DNA of 64,000 bases from Eledone cirrhosa (Eukaryota), in assembly GCA_964016885.1 (NCBI GenBank), contig OZ024753.1:32798001-32862000 (forward strand), read 5' to 3'. The stretch's first letter is position 1, and each line of letters starts with the position of its first letter. Both the position numbers and the translations under genes were made by a program. Of this stretch, positions 28,071 through 42,213 are shown in pieces. The notes beneath the pieces are model-generated. The model saw nothing but the letters and a program-made list of their open reading frames with translations, was not told where the DNA came from and did not search any database.

Positions 28071-29894
28071 ATAGAAGATATGCATATATAAACACACATA
28101 TGCGTGTGTTTATACACATAAACCTGTGTATTTTACCGTGTTGCAAAGATTGGCCAATAGACATAATGGAGTGTATATATTCACTGGACAATGTGTCTTC
28201 ACTCCTACGCTTTCGGCGGGGAACTAGATACAGCAGAAACAGAGTGCATTTTATTGTTCTGTAAATTTTCATGTGGGTGTATATGTGGGTGTATGCGTGC
28301 ATGATAACAGCCAACTGAGCACTATAGATAAAAGTTGTGAAGATTTTATAAATTAATCATAGAGATGAAATAAATAGTTGACAGAGACACCTACTATGTC
28401 CACCTTTTTCTGTCTGTGTGTAATGTATCCAAATAGTACAACTCTTATCTATAGTTATCGACTGTCATTAATTATTTTCTGCGTGTGAAACTCTCACATT
28501 TCAAATTGCAAACATTCAGCATTTTGATAAGATATACATGCAACCTTACCTATAAACATACACGCATAAATTAATACAAATTTCACATTTTCCATCCTGT
28601 TTACTAATAGTTTATTGACCAGCCACAATCTTCTTAGCCACATCAACGTTTACGCTAAGAAAAACGAAAACAAAACAATTGGTCATTTTCTATTTCGCTA
28701 ATGTGTAATGTGTATTACACGATACGGTGAGAGTAATTGCACCGAAATTCCCCCAAAATATACCCCACAGTCTTCAGAAACCATGGATACATTGCATACT
28801 GTGCTTTAAATTATACAAGAACAAGGGATGGTTACAACTGTAGCGCAAGCAACCAAACGTTTGCCCAATCAGGGTAAACCTGGGTATAAACAACAAAACT
28901 AATATATTTACAACTATGAGACTATATTCCGAAATATCTAAACTTTTCAGTTTGCCTAATATAGATAAACCTCAAACAGTTAAAGTTACTCTAGAACATG
29001 GAAGCTTGTCCGGCATTAGATTGTCCCGTTTTTTCTTTTACGTACAAGTCTCTCTCCGAGACGGGACATCATTTCATCTCAGGTTTAATGCTGATAGTTT
29101 CAGTTGGAATTCTGGAATTGAACCTATGTTCTTAGGTTCAAAGTCCAAGCTCCAAACAACAAAGACGCACGACTTCATCAGTATAAGTGTAAAAGCTCGA
29201 AGTATTGTTGTAGATCAGTTCTAACATGTATTTCAGTGTCATAAATCTAAATAAAACATCGCTGGGCTGCAGATTTATGGCAGATATTTCTGCAGAAATA
29301 TTACACATGAATAGTAATGTTAGAATAGAAACACATGTCACATTAGATTAACAGTTTGCCGTATTTCAATGATTAAATTGTTATATAGTTTGCATATAAT
29401 TTAATAGCAATTTATGTTTGTATTAATTGAAAAGTGTGATAATAAGAAAATAAACTTATGCCCTTATTTAGAATACAATGACTATTCCTTTGAAACAACT
29501 ATGTTTTGTATAGACCATTGGTGTCTTCACTCTGCCAGAATGAGTTAATGTCTTGAAGTTTGCTTTTAAAATCTAATGCAATGGGTAATGTTGGTAGTAA
29601 GAAGTAGTAAAAGGCTATACAGAAAAACCTCCTGATAGCAGACCATTCATTTAAGGCGAATCCGCATCCAAATAACATTTGCTCATACTCCAACCATATT
29701 AGGTAACTTATTGCTGCAATATATATCGCTAAAATATATTTACATTTACAATTACGCGACCTGACATCAGATTGTCATCCTATAATTATGTATATGAATA
29801 GAGGAGAGTTCCTTATATTATGTTTATAGGTGATTGTATATTATTGACTGACAAGATTCTTCGTCTTCTTTAATAAGAACGGTGTATTGTCAGA

Positions 29895-30025
29895 CACCTG
29901 AGAACGTCGGACAACATGCTTTGCGTTCTGAGTTCAAATACCGCCGAGATTACCGTTGCCTTTTATTCTTACGGGTCGATAAAATAAAGTACCATTAACG
30001 CATTGGGGTCGATTTAATCGACTTT
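29895..30025 (+). mobile_element. SINE copy (older subfamily 3' part)
   Basis: ttctgagttcaaataccgccgag...ttgccttttattcttacgggtcgataaaataaagtacc...ggggtcgatttaatcgac. Confidence 0.8.
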
Positions 30026-31224
30026 TCCCACCGTGGGGTCACCTCAATTAAGACTCTACAGTTGATGGTAGTTCCATTATTTTATAAAATACTTTAAATT
30101 CCTAAATAACTGCATTAAGCTTGTCTTTCATTTGTCTTCTAAGAGCTGAAAAAATAATAAACCCGGATAGTTATCAACCGAATGTGATATTGCATGTGTC
30201 TTTGCGATTATATACTAAAGTCTTTCTGTGTATCGAAATGGAATAACTATTTTTTTTTTTATAAAGTGTCGACCGCATAGAAGCGATATGGAGTTTCTGA
30301 ATCTATTCTCGCATCGCAGGAGATGAAATTTCCCTATCAGATTTCAGTAATGGTTTTTCGCATATTGAAGCTACAAGCGTTCAAGTGAGAAGGTTTAACG
30401 AGAAATTACTAAGCAATTTGATATTATTATTATGTTTATGTTGAGATCAGATTTCTTTTTAGAGGACTTACATAAGAACATCAGCGTGTTATAAAATTTG
30501 TAAGCGTTTCTGTCGTTGATTAATGTGTGTTGATCGTTTCAGATTTCGTAATTATATTAATTTTGTGATAACACACCTAAGAAGAATTATTCGATTAATA
30601 AATAACCCGTTCTAAGTTTAACTATCTTATCAAAAGTCGGTTAAATTGGAACCACGGGATTTCTTCGTTAGAATATTTATTGTATTATTTGTGTTCTTTC
30701 CTTCAATGTTTTCTGGCATTGGATTACAGTCATGCCGGATTTTACCCGGCTATATCGATCAGAGAAAATATGCTTTTCCGTATATGTTTCATGAGAAATC
30801 TTCTCAGCAATTTTTGTCTGAGTATATATATATATAATGGATATAAACCGAGGAGATGATACATACGCTTCATTTATTTGTATAATAAAATATATTATTT
30901 GACATTTCTTAACATATATAATATTATATAGGCCTGATATTGAGATGCTAACACTTTCCCCAGTTTTATTTTATTATGACAAACCACAATAGAAACACAA
31001 ACCCTCCATCTCAATTTTACTTTTGAACAGCATACGAACTGTGAAACCGGTAAAGTAAATAAATATTCTTAAAAGACTCCATTTGCATTTTCAATTTCTC
31101 TTCCTTATACTTTCACCCGTGTAGGACATCTCGTTTTTTTCCTTTAAAAAAACTCATTTTCTCATATATATATCGATATACATACACATATACATACCTA
31201 CATATAGACATATCTACACACACA

Positions 31225-31372
31225 TATATATATATATCGATATACATACATATATTCATACTTACATATATATACATATGTATACATACACACACATATA
31301 TATATATATCGATATACATACATATATTCATACTTACATATATATACATATGTATACATACACACACATATA
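31225..31372. repeat. ~72-bp tandem duplication within low-complexity TA/CA sequence
   Basis: tatcgatatacatacatatattcatacttacatatatatacatatgtatacatacacacac occurs twice in tandem. Confidence 0.85.
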
Positions 31373-31401
31373 TATATATAGAAAGAGAGAGAGACATATA
31401 T

Positions 31402-31449
<48 letters not shown>

Positions 31450-31759
31450 GTACTCATCTACTTTAGGCTGCCTTTCTCATTCAACTTGTATTAATCCATC
31501 AACGAAACCACTCAACATTTTCTAACAGCTGCATTACATTAAATTAGATTAAACCAGACATTCTGTTGTCACTTGATTTTTTTATCACCATTGATTAACA
31601 TTTAGAGAAATACTCTTAAGATTACATTGCTAGTTGCGTCTGATAAATCTGAATGAGACAATATTCTGTAAAATTTTGTGTGTCTAGTTGCATTGATTTA
31701 ATATTTTTTCACACAATTGACGATTGAAGACAGAACTATGTTGAGCTCCATATATATTT

Positions 31760-31950
31760 AAACCTCAGGGAGATTCAGTGCAACACAATGCCTGACAAGG
31801 CCTGCCTATTGAATTACAGGTACAACTCATTTTCCTCAGTTGAGGAGACAAAAGCAACTTGAAAAAGTGTCTCCCCTCTTGCTCAAATCACAGAACAACG
31901 CTTGGAATAGAACGCACAATTTTACATTCGTGAACTGCACACGCCTCCAC
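31760..31950 (-). mobile_element. Degenerate copy of a second SINE-like family
   Basis: ggagattcag...gacaagg...gaattacaggtacaactcattt...aaagtgtct...ttgctcaa...ggaatagaac; related diverged sequence at ~36915-37115. Family recalled from octopus repeats, not verified. Confidence 0.5.
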
Positions 31951-33289
31951 TATATCCCTTTACACAAGAATTGGCAATTCTAGACTATCTATGTCGTTTA
32001 AAAATTATAACGCATATTGCTTCTGTTGTAAGTTATGTAAGGATATACAGAGTATTTAAACATTTATTTCGTAAAGTACTACTTGTTTTAACCCACTGGT
32101 TAAAAGGTTCATTTTGAAATCACGAGGTCATGGATTTGACCGAATTGCAAACTGTCTCGGCAACTATTATCTACCATAGCCTGGTATCGACGCAAGCATT
32201 CTGAGTGAAAATCAGTAAATGAGAAACTCTATGATAGGCAGTCTGAAGTATTTTAGTCGTAATTCAAAAGCTCCAGTTTTTAGACATTTCGTATCACGCT
32301 AATTCCGCTTAAGGATTACATTAGGGATATACGTGTCCGCGGAACACACTGACGTTTATGCGATAATTCAGTAGTTGACTGAATGTTGGTCATAGAAATT
32401 GATGGGGGACCCATCATTATCATCTGTGTTAAAACTAAACTAATTGTTCGTAATAATAACAGACGCGTGCATATAACATAATGGTTTCCCCCCTTCATTC
32501 TGCCCGTAGGACAGAAAATCGTAATACCTTTTAATTGATCTCGAAAGGCTGAAAGGTATTTGAACGCAGAGCGCTGAGACCCGAAACGAATACGACAAAA
32601 CTAATCTAGCAGACGTTCTGTACACGCTAAATAGAAATTTCAATACATAAATTTGTTTACATATGACAAGTCAAGATGTAGATTTTTAAAAGAGTTTGCT
32701 TTCTATCTCTCTCACACACACACGTGAATGTGTGCGCGCGCCATGACTTTAGCTATAATGGATAAAATAAATTTTCGAACGGAAGAACTCGCAACTGGAA
32801 TTTCATAAGAGTATTTTAAATCTAAAATTAAAAAAAAAAAAAAAAACTCTTACAATAATACATCACCATTTTATATATTCTATGAACATGTGGATATCAA
32901 GCAAACATCGTTATTTATATAAATAAATGACATTTATATATTTCTAAATCCGAAAACTTAATTGAAACTCAGTCCACAATACATATAAAGAGTTTAGCGA
33001 ATAAAATTCAACTGATAAGGATTCGAGGTTTACGTTTAAGGTATATTTTTATATCCTCCCTCTCTCTATATATATAAATATATACATACATTCATACACA
33101 TATTTACACAAATATATATATATATACATAGATACATAGTTATACACATACAAAAGGCTAAGTGTGTATCTCAATGCAATTTATGGTGGTTTAATCTCTT
33201 GCATGCAGCACTGAAGGTAGGATTAATTTTGAAGCAAAGCCGAAGGGGTAACTTTAGGAATCGATGAAATAAAGAAACTATACACATAT

Positions 33290-33868
33290 ATTACGTATAT
33301 ATATATATATATATACGCTTTTATAAACGCACAGGTATATATATATATACACCTATATATATATAAATATATATATACACATACACAAATATATATATAT
33401 ACACATACACAAATATATATATATACACATATACAAATATATATATATACACATATACAAATATATATATATACACATATACAAATATATATATATATAC
33501 ACATATATATATATATATATACACATATATATATATATATACACATATATATATATATATATACACATATATATATATACACATATATATATATATATAT
33601 ATACATATATATATACACATATATATATATATATATACACATATATATATATATATATACACATACATATATATATATATACACATACACACATATATAT
33701 ATATATATATATACACATATATATATATATACACATACACACATATATATATATATATATACACATATATATATATATATATATACACATATATATATAT
33801 GCATACAAACACATACACACACACACGTATATATATAAATATATATACACACACACACATATATAAAC

Positions 33869-33899
<31 letters not shown>

Positions 33900-33968
33900 A
33901 ATGTATATATACACACACACACATATATATATATATACACACATTTATATATATGCATTCAAACACAT

Positions 33969-34017
<49 letters not shown>

Positions 34018-34100
34018 CGTTTATATATGTGTGTATATATATATATTTATATATATATATATATGTGTGTATGTGTTTGTATGCATATATATATATATAT
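33290..34100. repeat. Long (TA)n/(CA)n compound array with an internal inverted duplication
   Basis: Read directly; 33795-33872 is approximately the reverse complement of 34012-34090. Confidence 0.9.
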
Positions 34101-34102
34101 GT

Positions 34103-34212
34103 GAGCTCTGTCGTCGGGGGTCATACTTTTTCCTATTTCCCACTCTACTACCCTAAGTATTGAGTACTCTGGTGCGTTATGGTCCATTTGGTTCCTTACC
34201 ACAATTCCTTTG

Positions 34213-34215
<3 letters not shown>
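34103..34215 (+). mobile_element. Penelope-like family 2 terminal fragment
   Basis: Diverged reverse complement of 55907-56019 (tctactaccctaagtattgagtact...ggtgcgttatggtcca...ggttccttacca); bounded by (TA)n. Confidence 0.7.
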
Positions 34216-34252
<37 letters not shown>

Positions 34253-35577
34253 ATTAGGATCTCTACAATTCGATATTGTAATATATATTCACACCCTTGG
34301 CGTAGTTGTTGCATTGCTATAAAACTAGATGACTAGAAATACATCAAGGCCTGGTCGTCCTTTTCTAGATTTAACACATCTTATGTTCTGTTTCCGTTGT
34401 GAATATTTCGATATTCTAGTTCCCTTTCGCCTTATATACACTTGCTAAACTGATGTTCGCTCTTTAAGACCGATCGTAAACTAAAATAGCAGCAAGTGTA
34501 AACCAGTATTCCAATTTGTTATATGCTATTAAAGCTTCTCCATAAGGATACAGGGAATATGAAAGCGAATGTGAAATGGTTTATATTTTATATTATCCTA
34601 TCAATGCAGATTTGGAAGTAAATATATATATATATAAAATAATTTAATTATGTTTTATTATTTCAAGTTAACTATGTATATTTAGCTTCCTGCACCTAAC
34701 CGAAAACTGTTATCTCTCCCAACATACCTTATTACTGCATTCCATTTAATAATATTGCTTGAAAAGTAAAACAATATTAAATATAGCTTACTACACCAGA
34801 AACATCCCACTATATCTATAAGAGATTACTTCCCGTTATCGCCTTATTTCAAGCAATCGTGAGTATGGTTATACCTCATTTCAATAGGAATTGCTATGAA
34901 ACGAGTAGTTATATACAGAGACGCAGCTCAAATATCAACTGAGAGACAATAAATCTCTTGGCTTAGAAGGTACCTTGCTAATACTCTATCGATTGAAACA
35001 ACCAAATCATTAAGTAGCGTAAAGTTAGGAGATCGCAGAAGCAGAATGCTTTGGCGATGCCATTATTTACCAAGAAACTGTAAAAAGTATTTGATATATA
35101 TCATATTTTTAGGATTCATTATTTTTGGCTAAGTATTATGTACATACATATACCTGTGAATATATAGCATCTATATTTACAAGATCAGTAGTGAATTCTC
35201 TATTAACACTAATATAGAGTGATTTGAGAAATAAAGAAAACACAGGTGAAAAACGAAATAAATCGTGTCCATTTAAATGCCACAATGATAAACCGTGTCC
35301 CTGTCTTCAAAATGGCACATTAAATACATACACCAATATATATATTTTACGATGAATCTAGATGGAAAGAATATTGACGCAAAATGAAACAAAACAGATG
35401 AAGGCAATAAAGGAATACGGTAGCAATAAAGGAATACGGTAGAAGCAGTAGCAAGTTAAAAGCGAAATACTACGGAAGGACACATTGGGTATATTATTTC
35501 TGAATAAATGTCAGGATAATGAGGTATAGAAGTTACTTGACAAAATTTGGGGAATGCTGATCTAGGATTAAAGAGAG

Positions 35578-35770
35578 GTTTCTAATTTAATCAAAATGCC
35601 AACAATAAACGACAAGGAAACGTCGATTATATCGACAACAGTATTTTAATAATACTTTATTTTAACCAACCTGGAAGGATGAAAAGCAAAGATGGCTTCG
35701 ACAGGATATATAGGGCTGTAACTGAATGCACAAGATATTTTGTGTGACACTCTAACGATTCTAACAATCC
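35578..35770 (-). mobile_element. Degenerate older SINE copy
   Basis: gtcgattatatcgac...tactttattttaaccaacctggaaggatgaaaagcaaag...ctctaacgattct. Confidence 0.65.
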
Positions 35771-36564
35771 ACGTCCCTTCTAGTATCAAATAAAGAAAAA
35801 CCCATTAAAACGACTATGTTGGTGTGGATATAGGTGGCAAGGTAAAGTTTCATTCAAATAGCGTTTTATGAGTAAAAGGCATCAGAACGGATACGTGATA
35901 TATTTCTTGTGAAGGTTGGCCATATAACTTGAGGCAGTAAACACAATGTTTATTCAACAAAATAAAAATAAAGGAATATATCGACTGAAGCTCAGTTGAG
36001 CCAATGATAATTATATAAAACATAGCTGAAAGAGACTTTTTCACCAATAAACCTAACACTATTCTCAACGACTTCAAAGATCCTTAGGCTAAAATCATCA
36101 AGACATATAACACATTATTTTGCCAAAGAAAGACAAAAGAATAAGCGATTAGGTTTTGGCAAATTGCCATTTTGTGTCTAGTTGCAATACAATACGTCTC
36201 GGTGACTTGAAATATATTTGGCCAAGTTGCAGTGTTTCTTCAAATGAAGCCTAACAAAACCAACCACATGGTTTACAATAGCCGTACGACGGCGAAACCT
36301 TGCTAAATGTTGCTCTATATCTATCTTGTAATGTTTAGTTCTGAGTTCATATTGTCGAAGATGCCTTATTGTAGAGTTGCGAAATTGTGTAAATGTATAT
36401 GTATTATATGTAGAAATATATGTGGGGTGGGTTGCATAAAGAAGTTTGCACAGGTGTGCGCACACGCATCACATGCACATGCATGTAGCTTTCTTTAGAT
36501 GATGGTGTAACGCTACATTATTTAAGGCATCTAAACCGATAAGAACTGTCTCTCTTTCTCTCTA

Positions 36565-36619
<55 letters not shown>

Positions 36620-36624
<5 letters not shown>

Positions 36625-36695
36625 GTATATTAAATATTTATTATACGCATATATATATATATATATACGTATAATAAATATTTAACATACACAAA
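36620..36695. repeat. Palindrome with 28-bp arms centred on an (AT)n tract
   Basis: tttgtgtatattaaatatttattatacg / cgtataataaatatttaacatacacaaa, 1 mismatch. Confidence 0.9.
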
Positions 36696-37541
36696 ATTAT
36701 CATGCACCCCATTCCATCTTTCATATAAACATATAATACGAATCTGTTTCAATGAGGAAACATTTAATTGATACCCCAATTCAAACTCCAAGAATTATTT
36801 CAAAATCTCTAAAATAACACGACTCTGTAAAATATCTATACAACGCTTGGTAAGGTGTTTTGGGGGGAAATAAGGAGTCGTCCATGAATGCTTGTCTTTC
36901 CCCACCTAGCCACCAAAGATGTCCAAGTGGAGAGCAAAGGCCGGGATGGAGTTTCAACTGCTGTTTTGCATGTGAATAGCTTCATTATTTCCACCTGCGT
37001 TGACGGGAGCAGTGTGACAAACACGCATCTTACCCATGAATATAAAGCACCGCCCGATCAGTGAATCAAACTCATGACCTTATGAATGTGAGTCAAACAC
37101 TCTAATTCCCAGGCCGCATACGTTCACAAAACCAATCATTAGAAAAATAAAACCGTATTGCTGTAAGAACATGTGTAGGAATGATAGCCATATTTGTTAT
37201 GAGAGAATTTATCCAAGCATGTGATTGATGTCGTAAAATAAAGTATACAAAACCTTAATACCACACCGACATAAACTTTAAGAAACAACAGAATTTGGCA
37301 TACATGATGAATACAATCAATTTTGCTTTATCAATACTACTGCAGGACAAGATTATTAAACATACATGTTTATTTAAAGTATATTATTCGGGAAAAGGAT
37401 ATAAATAATGAGTTTAACACAGATTCCGATAAACAATTAGGTCATTACACAAACACACACACACGCATTGGCGTGTGTGTGTAAATATATATATATTTAT
37501 ATTTATATATATATAATTATACGTATATACTTTATATACAC

Positions 37542-37592
<51 letters not shown>

Positions 37593-38417
37593 CACACACA
37601 CCCAAATAAGTGTGTGTTTGTGTTTGTGTTTGTGTGTTTCTGTGTGGTGGAGATGTAATGCTTCTACGAATCAATGCATTCTCTTACTCAATTGTATACT
37701 ACTCTCTTTTGGAGTTCAACTCATGCCAACATTTGAAAGCTAATCATTAATTAAGGGTTGACATTTGGCATGCCGGCAAAAGAGCCGATGTAAAATTATG
37801 ACTCTACTCCTATAAACTTAATTATAGATATTCCATTCACTGAAATCCACCAAACTTTCTATGAGAAATTCTGTTCATATTCCCTTTATTTCCTAATTAC
37901 TTATTTATTCGTTAAATGTTAAGCTATGTGACTTGAATTTCTATTGTTTTATTTATTCTGTCATCGACAGTAACGTGGGATTCGTTGCTTTCTTGTTCCT
38001 ATAGGAGTAGTGTCATACTTTCTGATAGTGCTTTTTACGTTTGATACCATTAGTATTGTTGCTTTTATTGTCATTGTTCAGGTTTGTTCTTGAAATAGAT
38101 TTGCTCAATTGGCTGGAACGTTTCAGCGTTCCTTATATATTGTGCTCCAATGCAATTCTAACACAAAATAAATGCTTGCATTTGACAATGTAAAGTCCAG
38201 TGAAAATGTAATTTTGTCATTATTGGATTACAAAAACAAAGATTGCTATCGCCATGTCCAAACCGTCACTGCTTCGGTTTTCCAGTCATGAGGCCAGCCG
38301 CTATATTTATAAGAGAATACACTTTATTCATACCGTGCCAAATATTCCAGCATTATCTATTTTCAGGCCAGTAATGTACTGGTTAATTGCTAATCTTGTT
38401 CCAAAAGTAGAAACAAT

Positions 38418-38602
38418 GGCGGTCGATTAGCAGTATCGGTAGAGGGTCGGACGCCATGCTTTGACGCATAGAGTTACGGCCCTTGCCATTCTGAGTTCAA
38501 TCCCGCCGAGGTTAACTTTGCCTTTCATCCTTACGTGGTGGATAAAATAAAGTGCCAGTAATGTACTGGGTAATTGCTGGCCTTGTGCCAATAGTAGAAA
38601 CA
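38418..38602 (+). mobile_element. Full-length young SINE
   Basis: A box TAGCAGTATCGG, B box GAGTTCAATCC, core and 3' agaaaca. Confidence 0.93.
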
Positions 38603-38620
38603 ATTATCTATTTTCAGGCC

Positions 38621-38740
38621 TTTGTGTTCTGAGTTCAAATCCGCCGAAGTTAACTTTGCCTTTCATCATTACGTGGTCAATAATATAAAGTACCAGTAAT
38701 GTACTGGTTAATTGCTAATCTTGTTCCAAAAGTAGAAACA
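38621..38740 (+). mobile_element. 5'-truncated SINE with 18-bp TSD
   Basis: B box, core, 3' end; TSD attatctattttcaggcc (38603-38620) / attatatattttcaggcc (38741-38758). Confidence 0.9.
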
Positions 38741-39059
38741 ATTATATATTTTCAGGCCAAGAAGGAATGGCGGCCAAAATCCTTCATATATAATCACGCT
38801 GGTGTTTTAAAAAATGGAATGGAAAACTTTTTTCCTAATACACGGTTTCAAGATATAGAAAACAATGTGATGTCCTCCGGTGAAATGTCGTCGATTATAG
38901 ATCTGTTGGATCAGGAATATCTCGATTCTGCCAAAGCGGCGTTTGTGGTATATTCATATGTCTACCACAAGATTATTTTTCTTTGTGAACAGGTAACTCC
39001 AGGTGGAAACGTAGAAGCACCATAATGACATATAGGGCTTCTTGGACCTATAGGGCTAA

Positions 39060-39190
39060 CTGTTTTCTTTTTATCAAACTCGAAATGATGACATGCAAAG
39101 TTGACCTTGGCGGGATTTCAACTCAGAGAGTAGGAACAAATACCACGAAGCATTCTATTAGACGTCCTAATTGCCCTGCCGATTTGCCAA
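39060..39190 (-). mobile_element. Older SINE copy
   Basis: gcaaagttgaccttggcgggatttcaactcaga is the reverse-complement B box plus core start. Confidence 0.7.
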
Positions 39191-41915
39191 CTTTTCCCCA
39201 AGATTATCTTTTGAATAATAAAAACAATTCAAATCTGCTGCTATTGAATGTTAATATAATACTTTCTATTTAAGCGGAAGTCGAAAGACGATAAAGTCGA
39301 AACCGCTACATCACTGCTATTATACATTATCAACCTTGAGGTTTTGAAAGGCAAATTTGATCTCTGAATCTACAAATTTGGAATAAGCACTGACTCCTTA
39401 TCGATTCTATGAATATATCACCTCAAATGCTACACTAATATTGAGGTAAAATCAACTATAAATATATCCAATTTCACATCACTGAAGCTTGATAAGCAAT
39501 AACCAAATATAGTTTCCAAACAGTTCAAACCTTTGTCAAACATTGTTTTACAATATGGTATTCGGATATGAAGTTAATGCTAAATAAGATCCTGGCATTA
39601 TTTGCCTTCGATAACGTATTAACGGTAAAGAGGAATGTTGCTATTTGGAGCCTCTGTGGCTTAACATGTGGTCAATATATCGAGATATTGAGCTAGTGAT
39701 CACACGGATTTTGAATGTCAAGCAGCTAGACAGTTTCAGAAAATATGCATTTGAATTATTTTAATATTGTGCTTGAAACACATTTACGCATATTTAATTT
39801 CTCTTTTTCTCGATATAACATTATCTCTAATAACAGAGAGTTACTTAGATTTTAATAATCTAAATTCAAAGTTGTAATGGATAAAATTATGTTATTTTTC
39901 ATGATTAGGTGAGAATTCGTAACAGACAACCATGTTCCTAACTGTCGTCCACCAGTCCACCACTCGATCATATTCCTAACTATCGTCCTCCAATAATATA
40001 GTCACTTATCACGATGAAACGCTGAAGCGAAATGGGTATAAAGATAAAATGATTAAAGCAAATAATTTTTATTTGCATATAGTAAGACCGAGAAATATCA
40101 TTTAGGGCAATGCCCCATTCAGTTTCAATATACGCATACATTTCTCTAAACTTTTATTTATTAGTAAAATACATTCCGCCGAATCATATACATACAGAAA
40201 TGTTTCATAGAAATAATATTAAATATATAAATTTGAAACATGAATAGGAAATATCAATAGTAATAATTGTAAATCACCATTTCCACCCATTACTGATCAT
40301 ATAAAATGCTTTAACCTAGTAAATTGTTCATTAAATAGTTCCTTATCTTTCGAAATGGATAGTTTACATCGCAAAAATACATCCGTAGATGATGATTCAG
40401 TTTTCAAAGGTTATATCGAGTTAACAGAGAATAATGTTAATAGACAATATAATGAGCATCACGATTCTTTCAAAAATAAGGAGAGATCTGTGGATACAAG
40501 TTGGTTAAAATAAATATGGAATTCGGGTTTAAATAAAACCTCGCACATCCAATGGACTTAATTACGTAGAATCTTCTAATTGAGAAATCATAATAGTACT
40601 AATGTCTCCAAAATAGACAGTTGGTGTGTGGGTTAAGTTATCTGTATTGTGTATGTCTACTGTATTGAATATAATCCACGTTATAATTTTAAATGGGCTT
40701 AGTAGTGCTGTTTTCTGTGTGTTACATTCGTTATGCATTCTTCTTATCCGTGTATCGATTTATTAAGGGCATTCTTTCTTTTTCTGAAAAAAAAACACAG
40801 TCTGCTCTCTACTACAAGATCTTTATATTTCGAGACTTTTGTCAATTCTTTGAGATACGTATTTTCGTCTGCGGATACATCGATTAGACCAACTCATGAC
40901 AGAATTATTTAAGTCAATTTACTATCGACTACCTCGGCATGCTCCAGAGTATTCATGTCTGAGACAGCTGTCAATATACATATAAATATTAGGTTAACTA
41001 TCTATATATTATTAATGAAGAGTGTATTATTAAATCACCTCGATTTATGACTATTACCAACTGAACTAGTATGAAGTTGCAAATAATATTATACATTTAC
41101 AGCATCGATTGAGACTGAAAGAAAAAAAGGCAACAAGCCAAAGTTAGTTGTGTGCAGCTTAGAGTCAATTCAATTCTCCTGACACTTTTATTGCATTTCA
41201 TGTTCAAAAGTTAGCATTCGGATATATACTATGTAGGACTTCTGATACAATATTTTGCTATATTCTTCGGCCTTTGTTCATATAGCCTTGAGGCCAGCTT
41301 CGCCTTTAATTCTTCCGTGTCGGCATCGCCAACGCTGCCACTACTTTTTCTTGGACATTCACTGATAATGGAGTCGTAAGGATGGCGTCCTGACACAGGC
41401 CATGCCAGGTCTTAACACAAGAAAGAGAGAAGGAGAGAGCGGAAGAAACAACCCCAGAACTGAACTGGTTCTTTATTTATACTTCTTGAAAGGGTGAAAG
41501 GAATGTTAATACCCTGGCATTTGAATTTAGAGTAAGCCGGAACAAAGAATGAGGCATATCTCATCCGACGCCCTATCAACTCTGTCAATATAACAATTCC
41601 ACTCACACACACACGGGTGTGTATGTGTGTGTGTTGTGTTTAAAGTTATATACAATTTGTCTATGTGTTGCTACATGCATATAGATATAATGATATATGG
41701 ATTCCTCAACATACAAAAACGCAAATTCTAAAATCTTGACAAACACAGATTGCATTGCAACCATCGTTTAGTTAATATATCCTCATAGGTTAAAGGTATT
41801 CTGCTAAGAATTCTCTGCCATCAACCTACATATATATCATTGCTTTATATGTGCCTGACATATTTACACTGTACACATACATACATGCATACATCATTAT
41901 ATATAAATATATATA

Positions 41916-42110
41916 TATTAAAATAACAGATTAAAGTTTAAGCAAAGAATCGGTGCTTTCACCATTAACGGGATCTTCAGAAGTTCCCGTTAAGGTTGAA
42001 AGCTTTGCTTAAACTTTAAACTGTTATTTTAATAAATATTTGCTCTACGGTTCTTATATAGTTGATATATATTTATCCTTATCGAGCCCTCTTTGGATTT
42101 TAGTCTAAAT

Positions 42111-42113
<3 letters not shown>
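41916..42113 (+). mobile_element. Short hairpin copy of the Penelope-like family 1 element
   Basis: 41916-41978 folds back on 41980-42034 (centre a41979); 41976-42113 aligns to 43541-43697. Confidence 0.8.
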
Positions 42114-42146
<33 letters not shown>

Positions 42147-42162
42147 TAAAATAACAGATTAA

Positions 42163-42213
42163 AGTTTAAGCAAAGAATCGCTGCTTTCACCCTTAACGGG
42201 ATCTTCTGAAACT
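42163..42213 (-). ncRNA. Type I hammerhead-ribozyme-like motif (variant core), mirror copy
   Basis: Exact reverse complement of 43538-43588. Confidence 0.55.

Noticed and set aside
38699-39025. 108-aa ORF
   Set aside because: It begins inside a SINE tail and has no recognisable homology.
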